Below are positions 9,091 to 17,572 of a stretch of DNA of 64,000 nucleotides, in pieces. A program made the position numbers and the translations under genes. The notes under the pieces are model-generated. The model was given only the letters and a program-made list of their open reading frames with translations. It was not told where the DNA came from and made no database searches. Source of the DNA: Candidatus Omnitrophota bacterium. Its GTDB lineage: Bacteria > Omnitrophota > Omnitrophia > Omnitrophales > Aquincolibacteriaceae. The stretch spans positions 5,978-69,977 of the forward strand of contig CAISGE010000032.1 of the NCBI GenBank assembly GCA_903884815.1, given 5' to 3'. Numbering within the stretch: the stretch's first letter is position 1; each line of letters starts with the position of its first letter.

Positions 9091-10422
9091 ATGAGCCAAA
9101 GCGGCGACCTGCGGGACGAGATCCTCGAAAAGACAAGGGCGTATTATCGGGCCCTTCAGGAAGAGAAAGAAAAAAGCAAGGGCGCTTCCCCGCGCATTCC
9201 TTACGGCGGAAGGGTCCATGACGACCGGGAGATGGTCAATCTGGTCGACAGCAGTCTGGAATTCTGGCTGACCTACGGACGTTACTCCCGGCAATTTGAG
9301 AAGAAACTGGCGGAATTCCTGGGAGTGCGGCACGCGCTGCTTGTGAACTCCGGTTCTTCCGCCAATCTGCTCGCGTTCATGTCTCTCACGTCTCCGTTGC
9401 TGGGACCCCGCGCCATTCGTCGCGGCGATGAGGTGATCACGCTCGCCTGCGGTTTCCCCACGACCGTTACGCCGATCGTCCAGTATGGAGCGATCCCGGT
9501 TTTTGTGGATGTGGACCTTACGTCTTTCAATGTTGATGTGGCTCAGTTGGAAAAAGCTCTTTCGTCCAGGACGCGCGCGGTCATGATGGCGCACACATTG
9601 GGAAATCCTTTCGACGTTGCGGCGGTGAAGGCTTTTTGCGACAGGCACAAACTCTGGCTTATTGAGGATAATTGCGACGCGTTGGGAAGTCGCTACCAGG
9701 GGAAATATACCGGGACCTTTGGAGATATCGGGACGAGCAGCTTTTATCCCCCCCATCACATCACTTTGGGGGAAGGCGGCGCGGTTTACACGAACGATGC
9801 TCTTTTAAAAAAGATCATGACCTCTTTGCGGGATTGGGGGCGGGACTGCACCTGTGAGGGTGGGATGGACGATACCTGCGGGAACCGATTTTCCGGACAA
9901 TTCGGGAAGTTGCCCGAGGGGTATGACCATAAATATGTCTATAGCCATTTTGGTTATAATTTTAAAGTGACCGACATGCAGGCGGCGATCGGCTGCGCCC
10001 AGCTGGAAAAATTGCCGGATTTTATTCAAAAGAGGCGAGAGCATTTTACGAGGCTTTGGGCTGGTCTTGCTGGCATGAAGGATTTTCTTCTTTTGCCCGA
10101 GGCGACACCCGCGGGCGAACCTTCCTGGTTCGGCTTTTCGATGACCTTGAAGGAAGGTTGCTCTTGGACGCGCAATGAAATGACCCAGCATCTCGAATCC
10201 AAGAACATTCAAACGCGCAACGTTTTCGGCGGCAATCTCACAAAACATCCCGCGTTCGACACGTTGGTCCCGGGGAAGGATTACCGGATCATCGGCGACT
10301 TGAAAAATACCGACAAGATCATGCGCGACAGTTTCTGGATCGGGGTTTATCCGGGGTTGACCACGGAAGACGTCGACTATTGCATTGCCACTCTCAAGGA
10401 ATTCATCCAACGCCGTTTGTGA
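9091..10422 (+). CDS. rfbH: CDP-4-keto-6-deoxyglucose 3-dehydrase (E1, DdhC/RfbH)
   Basis: NSGSSANL, EDNCDALGS, SFYPPHHITLGEGG (His in place of PLP Lys), RDWGRDCTC...CG, YDHKY. Confidence 0.93.
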   Translation: MSQSGDLRDEILEKTRAYYRALQEEKEKSKGASPRIPYGGRVHDDREMVNLVDSSLEFWLTYGRYSRQFEKKLAEFLGVRHALLVNSGSSANLLAFMSLTSPLLGPRAIRRGDEVITLACGFPTTVTPIVQYGAIPVFVDVDLTSFNVDVAQLEKALSSRTRAVMMAHTLGNPFDVAAVKAFCDRHKLWLIEDNCDALGSRYQGKYTGTFGDIGTSSFYPPHHITLGEGGAVYTNDALLKKIMTSLRDWGRDCTCEGGMDDTCGNRFSGQFGKLPEGYDHKYVYSHFGYNFKVTDMQAAIGCAQLEKLPDFIQKRREHFTRLWAGLAGMKDFLLLPEATPAGEPSWFGFSMTLKEGCSWTRNEMTQHLESKNIQTRNVFGGNLTKHPAFDTLVPGKDYRIIGDLKNTDKIMRDSFWIGVYPGLTTEDVDYCIATLKEFIQRRL

Positions 10423-10591
10423 CGGGTGGGAGATCCCCCCATTCTTGCGGTATTCTTGCCCTCGATCCGGTTCAAGAAACATTGCCGGGCACGGGTATTC
10501 CTTGATGGGAGTTTTCTTTTGTTGTAGTATTCGACCCTCGTTTCCCTAACACCAGGCGATGGCCATTATTCACGGAGAGAGAATCTTTATT

Positions 10592-12094
10592 ATGAGCGGA
10601 TTTAAATACCCGAAAGTCAAAGCACAGATCCCGAAAACAAAGGTGCGGTTCGACGGAAGACTTCTCATCATCGGGTGCGGCGGCGTGTCGCAATGCACCG
10701 TTCCTCTTGTCCTGCGTCACTTTGACATGCCGGCCTCCAAGATCACCATCATGGATTTTGTGGACAATCGGGCGCGCGTCAAGGACGCTCTCAAACGCGG
10801 CGTGAAATACGTTTTCGATCGTGTGACCGAGCAAAATTACAAGAAGCTTCTTGCCAAGTACGCGGGCCCCGGGGACATGATCATCGACCTCGCCTGGAAT
10901 ATCCACTGCTGGGAGATCCTCGACTGGTGTCGCTCGAACGAAGTGCTCTACGTGAATACCTCGATCGAAGAATGGGACCCCTACGGAGACGAGAAGAGGA
11001 CCGATCCCACGAAGTATACCCTTTATGCACGTCACATGATGCTCCGCAAAAAAATGGCGAAGCACTGGAAGGGCGTCAAAGGCACGACCGCGATCGTGGA
11101 CCACGGAGCCAATCCCGGTCTAGTATCCCATTTTACGAAAAAAGCGCTTATCGATATCACGCACAAGATCTTGAAGGAGAAAAGGAATGATCCCCGGCGC
11201 GCGCAGCTTGAAAAGTTCCTCGCGGAGCGCAATTTTCCGAAGTTGGCCCAGCTTACGGGTGTGAAGGTTATCCACATCAGCGAGCGTGACACCCAGATCA
11301 CCGATGTTCCGAAGAAGGTGAATGAATTCGTGAACACCTGGTCGATCGAGGGCTTCTATGAAGAAGGCGTGGCGCCGGCCGAGCTTGGATGGGGGACGCA
11401 TGAGCGTCGCCTGCCGCCCGGAGCGCATTGCCACAAGGAAGGTCCCAAGAACCAGATCTGCATGAGTTCCCTCGGTATGAACACCTGGGTGCGGTCGTGG
11501 GTGCCATGTGGTGAGATCAACGGGATGGTGATCCGCCACGGCGAGGCCTTCAGCATTTCCGACCGTCTGACCGTCTGGAAGAACGGCCAGGCGGCCTATC
11601 GCCCGACCGTTCATTACGCGTATTGTCCTTCGGATGCGGCGATCAATTCTTTGCATGAACTCCGGATGCGTCAGTACCGTATGCAGGAAAAGCAGCGCAT
11701 TCTGGCTGATGACATCACCGAAGGGCGCGACGAACTGGGCGTGCTTCTCATGGGACATGATTTCAAGTCCTGGTGGTGCGGAAGTCTTCTGGACATTCAA
11801 ACGACGCGCAAACTCGTGCCGCATCAGGAGGCGACGACGCTTCAGGTGGCGGTGTCGGTGGTGGCTGCGGCGCTCTGGATGATTCAAAATCCCCGCGAAG
11901 GATTCCTGCTCCCGGATGATATTGACCATGAATTTGTCCTGGATTTCGCGACGCCTTATATTGTTCCCTTCGTGTCCATTCCTTCCGACTGGACGCCACT
12001 GAAGAACTTGAACGGGAAATACCTGAAGTTCGGGACCGTGCCTCCCCGGGAAAAAGACATGTGGCAGTTCACGACATTCCTCATGGAGCGTTAG
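10592..12094 (+). CDS. hss: Homospermidine synthase (saccharopine-dehydrogenase-like)
   Basis: IIGCGGV, HGANPGLVSHF, HISERDTQ, EFVNTWSIEGF, ELGWGTHE, YRPTVHYAY, ATTLQV. Confidence 0.9.
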   Translation: MSGFKYPKVKAQIPKTKVRFDGRLLIIGCGGVSQCTVPLVLRHFDMPASKITIMDFVDNRARVKDALKRGVKYVFDRVTEQNYKKLLAKYAGPGDMIIDLAWNIHCWEILDWCRSNEVLYVNTSIEEWDPYGDEKRTDPTKYTLYARHMMLRKKMAKHWKGVKGTTAIVDHGANPGLVSHFTKKALIDITHKILKEKRNDPRRAQLEKFLAERNFPKLAQLTGVKVIHISERDTQITDVPKKVNEFVNTWSIEGFYEEGVAPAELGWGTHERRLPPGAHCHKEGPKNQICMSSLGMNTWVRSWVPCGEINGMVIRHGEAFSISDRLTVWKNGQAAYRPTVHYAYCPSDAAINSLHELRMRQYRMQEKQRILADDITEGRDELGVLLMGHDFKSWWCGSLLDIQTTRKLVPHQEATTLQVAVSVVAAALWMIQNPREGFLLPDDIDHEFVLDFATPYIVPFVSIPSDWTPLKNLNGKYLKFGTVPPREKDMWQFTTFLMER

Positions 12095-12104
12095 ACCCGA
12101 TTCG

Positions 12105-13283
12105 ATGAAAGATCCCGCCTTAAATGGCAGTCTTCAGATCCCTTCGCTAAAGCCCAAGCCGGCCGACATCTCCGGGGTGGAGAATCTCATCCGGACCATG
12201 CTGAAGAAGCACAAGACCCCCTTCATGCTGATACGCAAAAGCGTGCTTGAAAAGCAATTTACCCGCTTTACGAAGGCTTTTCCGGAAGTCACTCCCTATT
12301 ACGCGATCAAGGCCAACCCGCATCCGAAGATCGTGAAGACTTTCGCGGAGCTTGGCGCGAGCTTCGACGTGGCCAGCGCGGCGGAGATGAAATCGGTTCT
12401 GAAACATGATGTTGCCCCAAGCCGCATTATTTTCGCCAACACGATCAAATCCAAAGAGGACCTTATCACGGCCCGTCGGCGCGGCGTCAAACTCATGACG
12501 TTCGATAACGAAGCCGAGCTTTACAAAATCGCGGAGAATTTCCCGAAAGCGCATGTGATCTGCCGCATCAAGGTCGCAAACCGGGGGAGCGTGGTGCAGC
12601 TGTCGCTCAAGTTCGGCGCGGAGCCGGATCAGGCTTTTTATCTTCTCCGGAAAGCGAAGAGCCTCGGGCTTGTGCCCAAGGGCGTGAGTTTTCATGTCGG
12701 GTCACAGTCCACGAATGTGGAGAATTACCTCCAGGCGCTCGAGCTGACGGCGAATATTTTCCGGGAAGCCCGGGAGAACGACATGCCGCTTAAGATCGTG
12801 GACATCGGTGGCGGGTTCCCGATCCAGCATTTTGAAAATGAGATCGGCATCAATTTTGAACGCATGGCCGCCCAGATCCGCAAGCAGATGAAGGCGCTTT
12901 TTTCGAAGCAGACTGAATTTATCGCCGAACCGGGACGCTTCTTTGCCGGCCCCGCCGGGATCCTTGTGACGCAGGTGATCGGCCGCGCGTTCCGCGACAA
13001 TCAGAATTTCTATTATTTAAATGACGGGGTTTATCAGGATTTTTCAGGGATGGTCTTTGATCATTGCAAATATGAATTCAAAACCCTGCGGCGGGGGCCC
13101 AAGTACAAGAGCACCTTAGCCGGGCCCACTTGCGACTCTTTGGATATTCTCTCCAACGGCGAAGAACTTCCCGAGCTTTATGCCGGCGATGTGGTCTACG
13201 CCAAAAGCATCGGCGCCTATTCCTCCGCCAGCGCCGTCTCCAATTTCAACGGATTCGAGCCCGCCAAGATCATCCTCGTATAG
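12105..13283 (+). CDS. Fold-type III PLP ornithine/lysine decarboxylase
   Basis: YAIKANP, FDVAS, KFGA, FHVGSQ, DIGGGF, EPGR, GPTCDSLD, FNGF; adjacent to hss, so putrescine supply is inferred. Confidence 0.9.
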   Translation: MKDPALNGSLQIPSLKPKPADISGVENLIRTMLKKHKTPFMLIRKSVLEKQFTRFTKAFPEVTPYYAIKANPHPKIVKTFAELGASFDVASAAEMKSVLKHDVAPSRIIFANTIKSKEDLITARRRGVKLMTFDNEAELYKIAENFPKAHVICRIKVANRGSVVQLSLKFGAEPDQAFYLLRKAKSLGLVPKGVSFHVGSQSTNVENYLQALELTANIFREARENDMPLKIVDIGGGFPIQHFENEIGINFERMAAQIRKQMKALFSKQTEFIAEPGRFFAGPAGILVTQVIGRAFRDNQNFYYLNDGVYQDFSGMVFDHCKYEFKTLRRGPKYKSTLAGPTCDSLDILSNGEELPELYAGDVVYAKSIGAYSSASAVSNFNGFEPAKIILV

Positions 13284-13406
13284 CCGGGAGCGCCAGTCGA
13301 GAACTTTTCTTTGTCCCTTAGTCCCCGCTCCCCATATTTCTTTTACGTTTCCCGGTTCTTTGATACAATACGCCCGCTGTAACTGGAATTCCCATAAGGA
13401 CTTAGT

Positions 13407-14219
13407 ATGAGACATTCGATCTCTTTTTATAAGATGGTGGCTTCGGGCAACGATTTCGTGGTGGTGGATAACCGCCGCGGGATCGTGAAGGACGCGGTCG
13501 CGTTCACCCGGAAAGTTTGCCAGCCCCACCAAGGCGTCGGTGCCGATGGCGTGCTGCTTTTTGAATCTTCGAAAAAAGCGAATTTCAGGATGCGTATTTT
13601 GAATCTGGACGGGTCGGAGGCTGCGGCCTGCGGGAACGGTTTCCGCTGTATCGCGCTTTACGCGCATGACGTTCTGAAATATTCTTCCCGCATGAATTTT
13701 GAGTCCGGCTCTGGGCTGATCGAGGCCCAGGTCGGGCAGAAGAATAGTGTGAAGGTGCAGCTTGTGAAACCACGCGTCTTTGAACTCGACGCGGTCATCG
13801 AAATTCGCAAGCACAAGCTCCATTACATGTTCCTCGATACCGGCGTGCCGCACGTGGTGATCTTCGTGAAGGATCTTGAAAAGGCCGAGGTTTTTGAAGC
13901 CGGGCGGGCGATCCGTAATCATTCGCACTTTCAGCCGTTCGGCACGAATGTGAATTTTGTGGAAGTACGTGGCAAAAAAGAGATTGCGGTGCGGACGTAT
14001 GAACGCGGCGTGGAGAATGAAACGCTCGCCTGCGGGACAGGTTCCACGGCGGCGGCGGTCGTGAGCGTTCTGAAAGGTTCTGTCGAGGCGCCGGTCAAGG
14101 TGCTGACGCGGGGCGGGGAATCGCTCCAGATCGATATGCAGATGACGGGAGCCGAGATCACCAAGGTTTTTCTGGAAGGCCAAGCCCAATTCGTTTACAA
14201 GGGGGAGTATTTGCAATGA
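13407..14219 (+). CDS. dapF: Diaminopimelate epimerase
   Basis: GNDF, GADG, NLDGSEAAACGNG, GVPH, YERGVENETLACGTG. Confidence 0.96.
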   Translation: MRHSISFYKMVASGNDFVVVDNRRGIVKDAVAFTRKVCQPHQGVGADGVLLFESSKKANFRMRILNLDGSEAAACGNGFRCIALYAHDVLKYSSRMNFESGSGLIEAQVGQKNSVKVQLVKPRVFELDAVIEIRKHKLHYMFLDTGVPHVVIFVKDLEKAEVFEAGRAIRNHSHFQPFGTNVNFVEVRGKKEIAVRTYERGVENETLACGTGSTAAAVVSVLKGSVEAPVKVLTRGGESLQIDMQMTGAEITKVFLEGQAQFVYKGEYLQ

Positions 14220-15100
14220 GAAAAAAGAAATCCATGTTTGAAGGTTCGATGGTCGCGTTGGTCACCCCGTTCCGTAACGGGAAAGTGGATGAGAAGGCGC
14301 TCCGGGGTCTTATCGACTTCCATCTGAAAGAAGGCACGGACGTGATCATTCCCTGTGGGACGACGGGGGAGTCCGCCACGATGTCGCACACGGAGCACCG
14401 GGACACGATGACCTTCGTGGTGGAATATGTCCATCACCGGATCCCCGTCATTTGCGGCTGCGGTTCGAACAATACTACGGAAGCGCTCGAACTTGTCCGC
14501 CATGCGAAAAAGATCAAGGCGGACGGTGTGCTCGTAGTGACTCCTTACTACAACAAGCCGACGCAGGAAGGCCTTTACCGCCACTATGAATATCTCGCGA
14601 CCCGCGTGGATATCCCGATCGTTCTTTACAACGTGCCAGGACGCACCGGCGTTTCCATTGCACCTGAGACCGTGGCCCGGCTTTCCAAGATCGACACCAT
14701 TGTGGCGATCAAGGAAGCAAGCGGCAGCATGGACCAGGCGGAGCAGATCATGCAGTTGTGTGACCTGCCGGTTCTTTCGGGCGAGGACTCCCTGAACTTT
14801 CCGCTGATCGCGATCGGCGCGCGCGGCGTGATCTCGGTTGTCGCGAATATCGCCCCTCGGCTCGTGAAGGGGCTGGTGAGTGCGGCGCTTAACGGGAACA
14901 TGGATGAGGCGCGTTCGATCCATAAGATCCTCTACCCGCTTTCCAAGGCTGTTTTTATCGAAACGAATCCGATCCCCGTGAAGACCGCGCTCGGGAAAAT
15001 GGGCATGATCAAGCCGGAACTCCGGATGCCGCTTTGCGAGATGCGGCCGGAAAATGAAAAGAAATTCGTCGAAGTTCTAAAAAAACTCAGGGTTATTTAA
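14216..15100 (+). CDS. dapA: 4-hydroxy-tetrahydrodipicolinate synthase
   Basis: GTTGES, PYYNKP, YNVPGRT, IKEAS, ETNPIPVK. Confidence 0.97.
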   Translation: MRKKKSMFEGSMVALVTPFRNGKVDEKALRGLIDFHLKEGTDVIIPCGTTGESATMSHTEHRDTMTFVVEYVHHRIPVICGCGSNNTTEALELVRHAKKIKADGVLVVTPYYNKPTQEGLYRHYEYLATRVDIPIVLYNVPGRTGVSIAPETVARLSKIDTIVAIKEASGSMDQAEQIMQLCDLPVLSGEDSLNFPLIAIGARGVISVVANIAPRLVKGLVSAALNGNMDEARSIHKILYPLSKAVFIETNPIPVKTALGKMGMIKPELRMPLCEMRPENEKKFVEVLKKLRVI

Positions 15101-15140
15101 CCCTTTCAACTGCGTAGGTTGAAAAGGTCAGGGAGAGCCA

Positions 15141-15944
15141 ATGATTAAATTAGTGATGGCCGGCGCCGCGGGGCGAATGGGGAAAACGATACTTCAACTC
15201 GCGAGCCGCGACAAAACCTTTAAAATCGTAGGCGGATTGGAGCAGCGCGGCCATGCCGCTCTGGATCAGGATCTCGGACCGATCATGGGTTCTGATCTGA
15301 TGGGCGTGAAAGTCACGCAAGACGCGACAGCTACGCTTAAAGGCGCGGATGTCTTGATCGATTTTAGCCATTTTTCGGCGCTTCCGGAAAACCTCAAGGC
15401 CGCCGTCAAGACCCGGACCGCTTGCGTGATCGGCACTACGGGAATTCCGGCTGCCACGCTGCGTCAAATCCGGGTCGCTTCCCGAAAGATCCCGATCCTT
15501 CAGTCGCCCAACATGAGTGTGGGTGTGAATCTGCTCTTTACCCTGGCCGCATTAGCGGGAAAGGTGCTGGATGAGAGCTATGACCTGGAGATCATGGAGA
15601 TCCATCACCGGATGAAGAAGGACGCGCCAAGCGGTACGGCACTGAAGCTCTTGGAGATCCTCCTCGCGGCTCGCGGCCGTGATATGAGAAAGGATGTTAT
15701 TTATGGTCGCGCCGGAGAAACCGGAGCCCGTGGAAAAGGTAAGATCGGGGTGTTCGCGCTCCGTGGCGGCGATGTGGTGGGCGATCACACGGTGTCCTTT
15801 TTCGGGGACGGAGAGCGGGTCGAACTGGTCCACAAGGCCTCCTCGCGCGAAGCTTTTGCCCGCGGGGCACTTTTAGCGGCAAAATTCCTTGCGAAAAAGA
15901 AGCAAGGTCTTTATCATATGCCTCAAGTGCTGGGAATGGCTTAG
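15141..15944 (+). CDS. dapB: 4-hydroxy-tetrahydrodipicolinate reductase
   Basis: GAAGRMG, GTTG, PNMSVG, EIHHRMKKDAPSGTA, RGGDVVGDH. Confidence 0.97.
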   Translation: MIKLVMAGAAGRMGKTILQLASRDKTFKIVGGLEQRGHAALDQDLGPIMGSDLMGVKVTQDATATLKGADVLIDFSHFSALPENLKAAVKTRTACVIGTTGIPAATLRQIRVASRKIPILQSPNMSVGVNLLFTLAALAGKVLDESYDLEIMEIHHRMKKDAPSGTALKLLEILLAARGRDMRKDVIYGRAGETGARGKGKIGVFALRGGDVVGDHTVSFFGDGERVELVHKASSREAFARGALLAAKFLAKKKQGLYHMPQVLGMA

Positions 15945-16003
15945 ACTTTTCTTCAACGAAGGTTTTTTAACCTTTTACAACTAAAAGAAAAATCTTATTG
16001 CCG

Positions 16004-17569
16004 ATGAAAATTAAAAGCTTTTTAATTTTTTTCATCGCGATCTTTCTGTCCGCAGCTTTTTTAGCCTTTTCCCAGGAAACTCCCCAAGCCCCTGAAGCAA
16101 AGCCCACTCCGAACCTGTTCGCTGAATATTTCTTCACTCCTTCTGCCCAAAAATTCGATAACAAGATCAGCGAAGTTCGTGGTTTCCAGGTGATCAAGGC
16201 TCATTCCCGTGAGCAGGACTCTGAATATTCCGTCGTGACCGATTTCGGCGGAGGTGTTGTGAAGTTCCGTGCTCTTCCGGGGCTCAAGGACATGAAGGCG
16301 ATTGACGGCTATATTAAGGCGAACCTCAAGACCGCCAATTATGACGGCGTGGAGATCCGCCAGCTTTCTCTTCCTGACGCAAAGGGTGGGCCGGCCAAGG
16401 ATCTTTTCTGGGTGGGAGATAAATCGTTTGCCTCACCCGAGGCCGCCACGGCTGAGATCAACTCGGTCAAATCCCGGGTCGTTTCCGGAGGCGGCGATTT
16501 CGCGAAGAACGTGCGCGAAGCCCCTGTCTATATTCCGCCTGAAGAACCGCCGCCGGTTGCGGTCAAGACTCCCGCTCAGTTCAAAAAAGAAGAAGATCTC
16601 ATTCTCCGTTTTACGGATCAGATGGGCATCGGCGAGAAAATGTACGGGGTCTTTCAAGGAGAGCCCGTCGGCACGCCGATCACCTGGCAATCCTTTGGCG
16701 CGACCGAGTGGCGTCAGACCAATCTTGCGGCGAATCACTTCGACACCCAGGTGGGATACTGGACCAACCGGTTGGTTTTCAGCGGGATCCGCTTTCCGCT
16801 GCATAACATTGATCCTTTCGTCGAAGAAACGGTTTCTCTGGCCTCCGACAACACAGATTACACGAACAATCTCCAGCTTTGGGCCGGCTTGGAATGGCGA
16901 CCCCTCGCGCGGAATCCCTGGCTTCTTAATTTCCAGCCCTTCGGGGGCATTCCCATTCTGGAGTGGATGCGCAATTATCGCTTCTATATCAAGTACGGCG
17001 ATGTTTACAACATCAAGGGTCAGGGGCAGGGCGCCAGGGACACCGATCTTATCTGGGGCATTCAGTGCTATTACGAATGGGGCACCGAGCTTCCTCCGCT
17101 CGATGAAGCGCGCCCCGTCAAATTCACGGATTATCTCCGCCAGTATGTTTGGGGGGAATACTTTGGCAATTACTACGTCTCCAAGACCGGTTTCAACAGC
17201 GAAAAAGCTTTCAATGCCTTTATCGCGAATTCTACGGTCACGGTGGGCATCAAGCTTCCCGGGATCCCTCTGCCGCATAATTACATTAATGACGAACTGG
17301 TTCTGATGCCCTACCTGCGTTTTGAGCATGTGAATAACGCGGAATACTCGTTCTGGTACCAGAACCAGTACTATATGGCCGCGGGCCTCCGGATCATGCC
17401 GTTCAGGACTTACCGTTGGAAAGAGAATGAATGGCTTTCAAAATTGGCGATCTTCGGTGAGTTTGACGGTCTCGGCGGGGCTCAGCGCGTCAAGCAGAAC
17501 GGGGAAGTCCCTGATATCCCGAACTACGACCTTCGCTTCGGCGTCAAATTCTCCAGCAGGCGGTTTTAA
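16004..17569 (+). CDS. Exported protein with probable C-terminal outer-membrane beta-barrel (hypothetical)
   Basis: Signal peptide (MKIKSFLIFFIAIFLSAAFLAFS), Pro-rich linker, aromatic-rich alternating strands, C-terminal FGVKFSSRRF. Confidence 0.65.
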   Translation: MKIKSFLIFFIAIFLSAAFLAFSQETPQAPEAKPTPNLFAEYFFTPSAQKFDNKISEVRGFQVIKAHSREQDSEYSVVTDFGGGVVKFRALPGLKDMKAIDGYIKANLKTANYDGVEIRQLSLPDAKGGPAKDLFWVGDKSFASPEAATAEINSVKSRVVSGGGDFAKNVREAPVYIPPEEPPPVAVKTPAQFKKEEDLILRFTDQMGIGEKMYGVFQGEPVGTPITWQSFGATEWRQTNLAANHFDTQVGYWTNRLVFSGIRFPLHNIDPFVEETVSLASDNTDYTNNLQLWAGLEWRPLARNPWLLNFQPFGGIPILEWMRNYRFYIKYGDVYNIKGQGQGARDTDLIWGIQCYYEWGTELPPLDEARPVKFTDYLRQYVWGEYFGNYYVSKTGFNSEKAFNAFIANSTVTVGIKLPGIPLPHNYINDELVLMPYLRFEHVNNAEYSFWYQNQYYMAAGLRIMPFRTYRWKENEWLSKLAIFGEFDGLGGAQRVKQNGEVPDIPNYDLRFGVKFSSRRF

Positions 17570-17572
17570 TTC

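Noticed and set aside
10550-10580. GGCGATGG resembling a fluoride riboswitch start before hss
   Set aside because: No complementary CGCC pairing partner or downstream consensus
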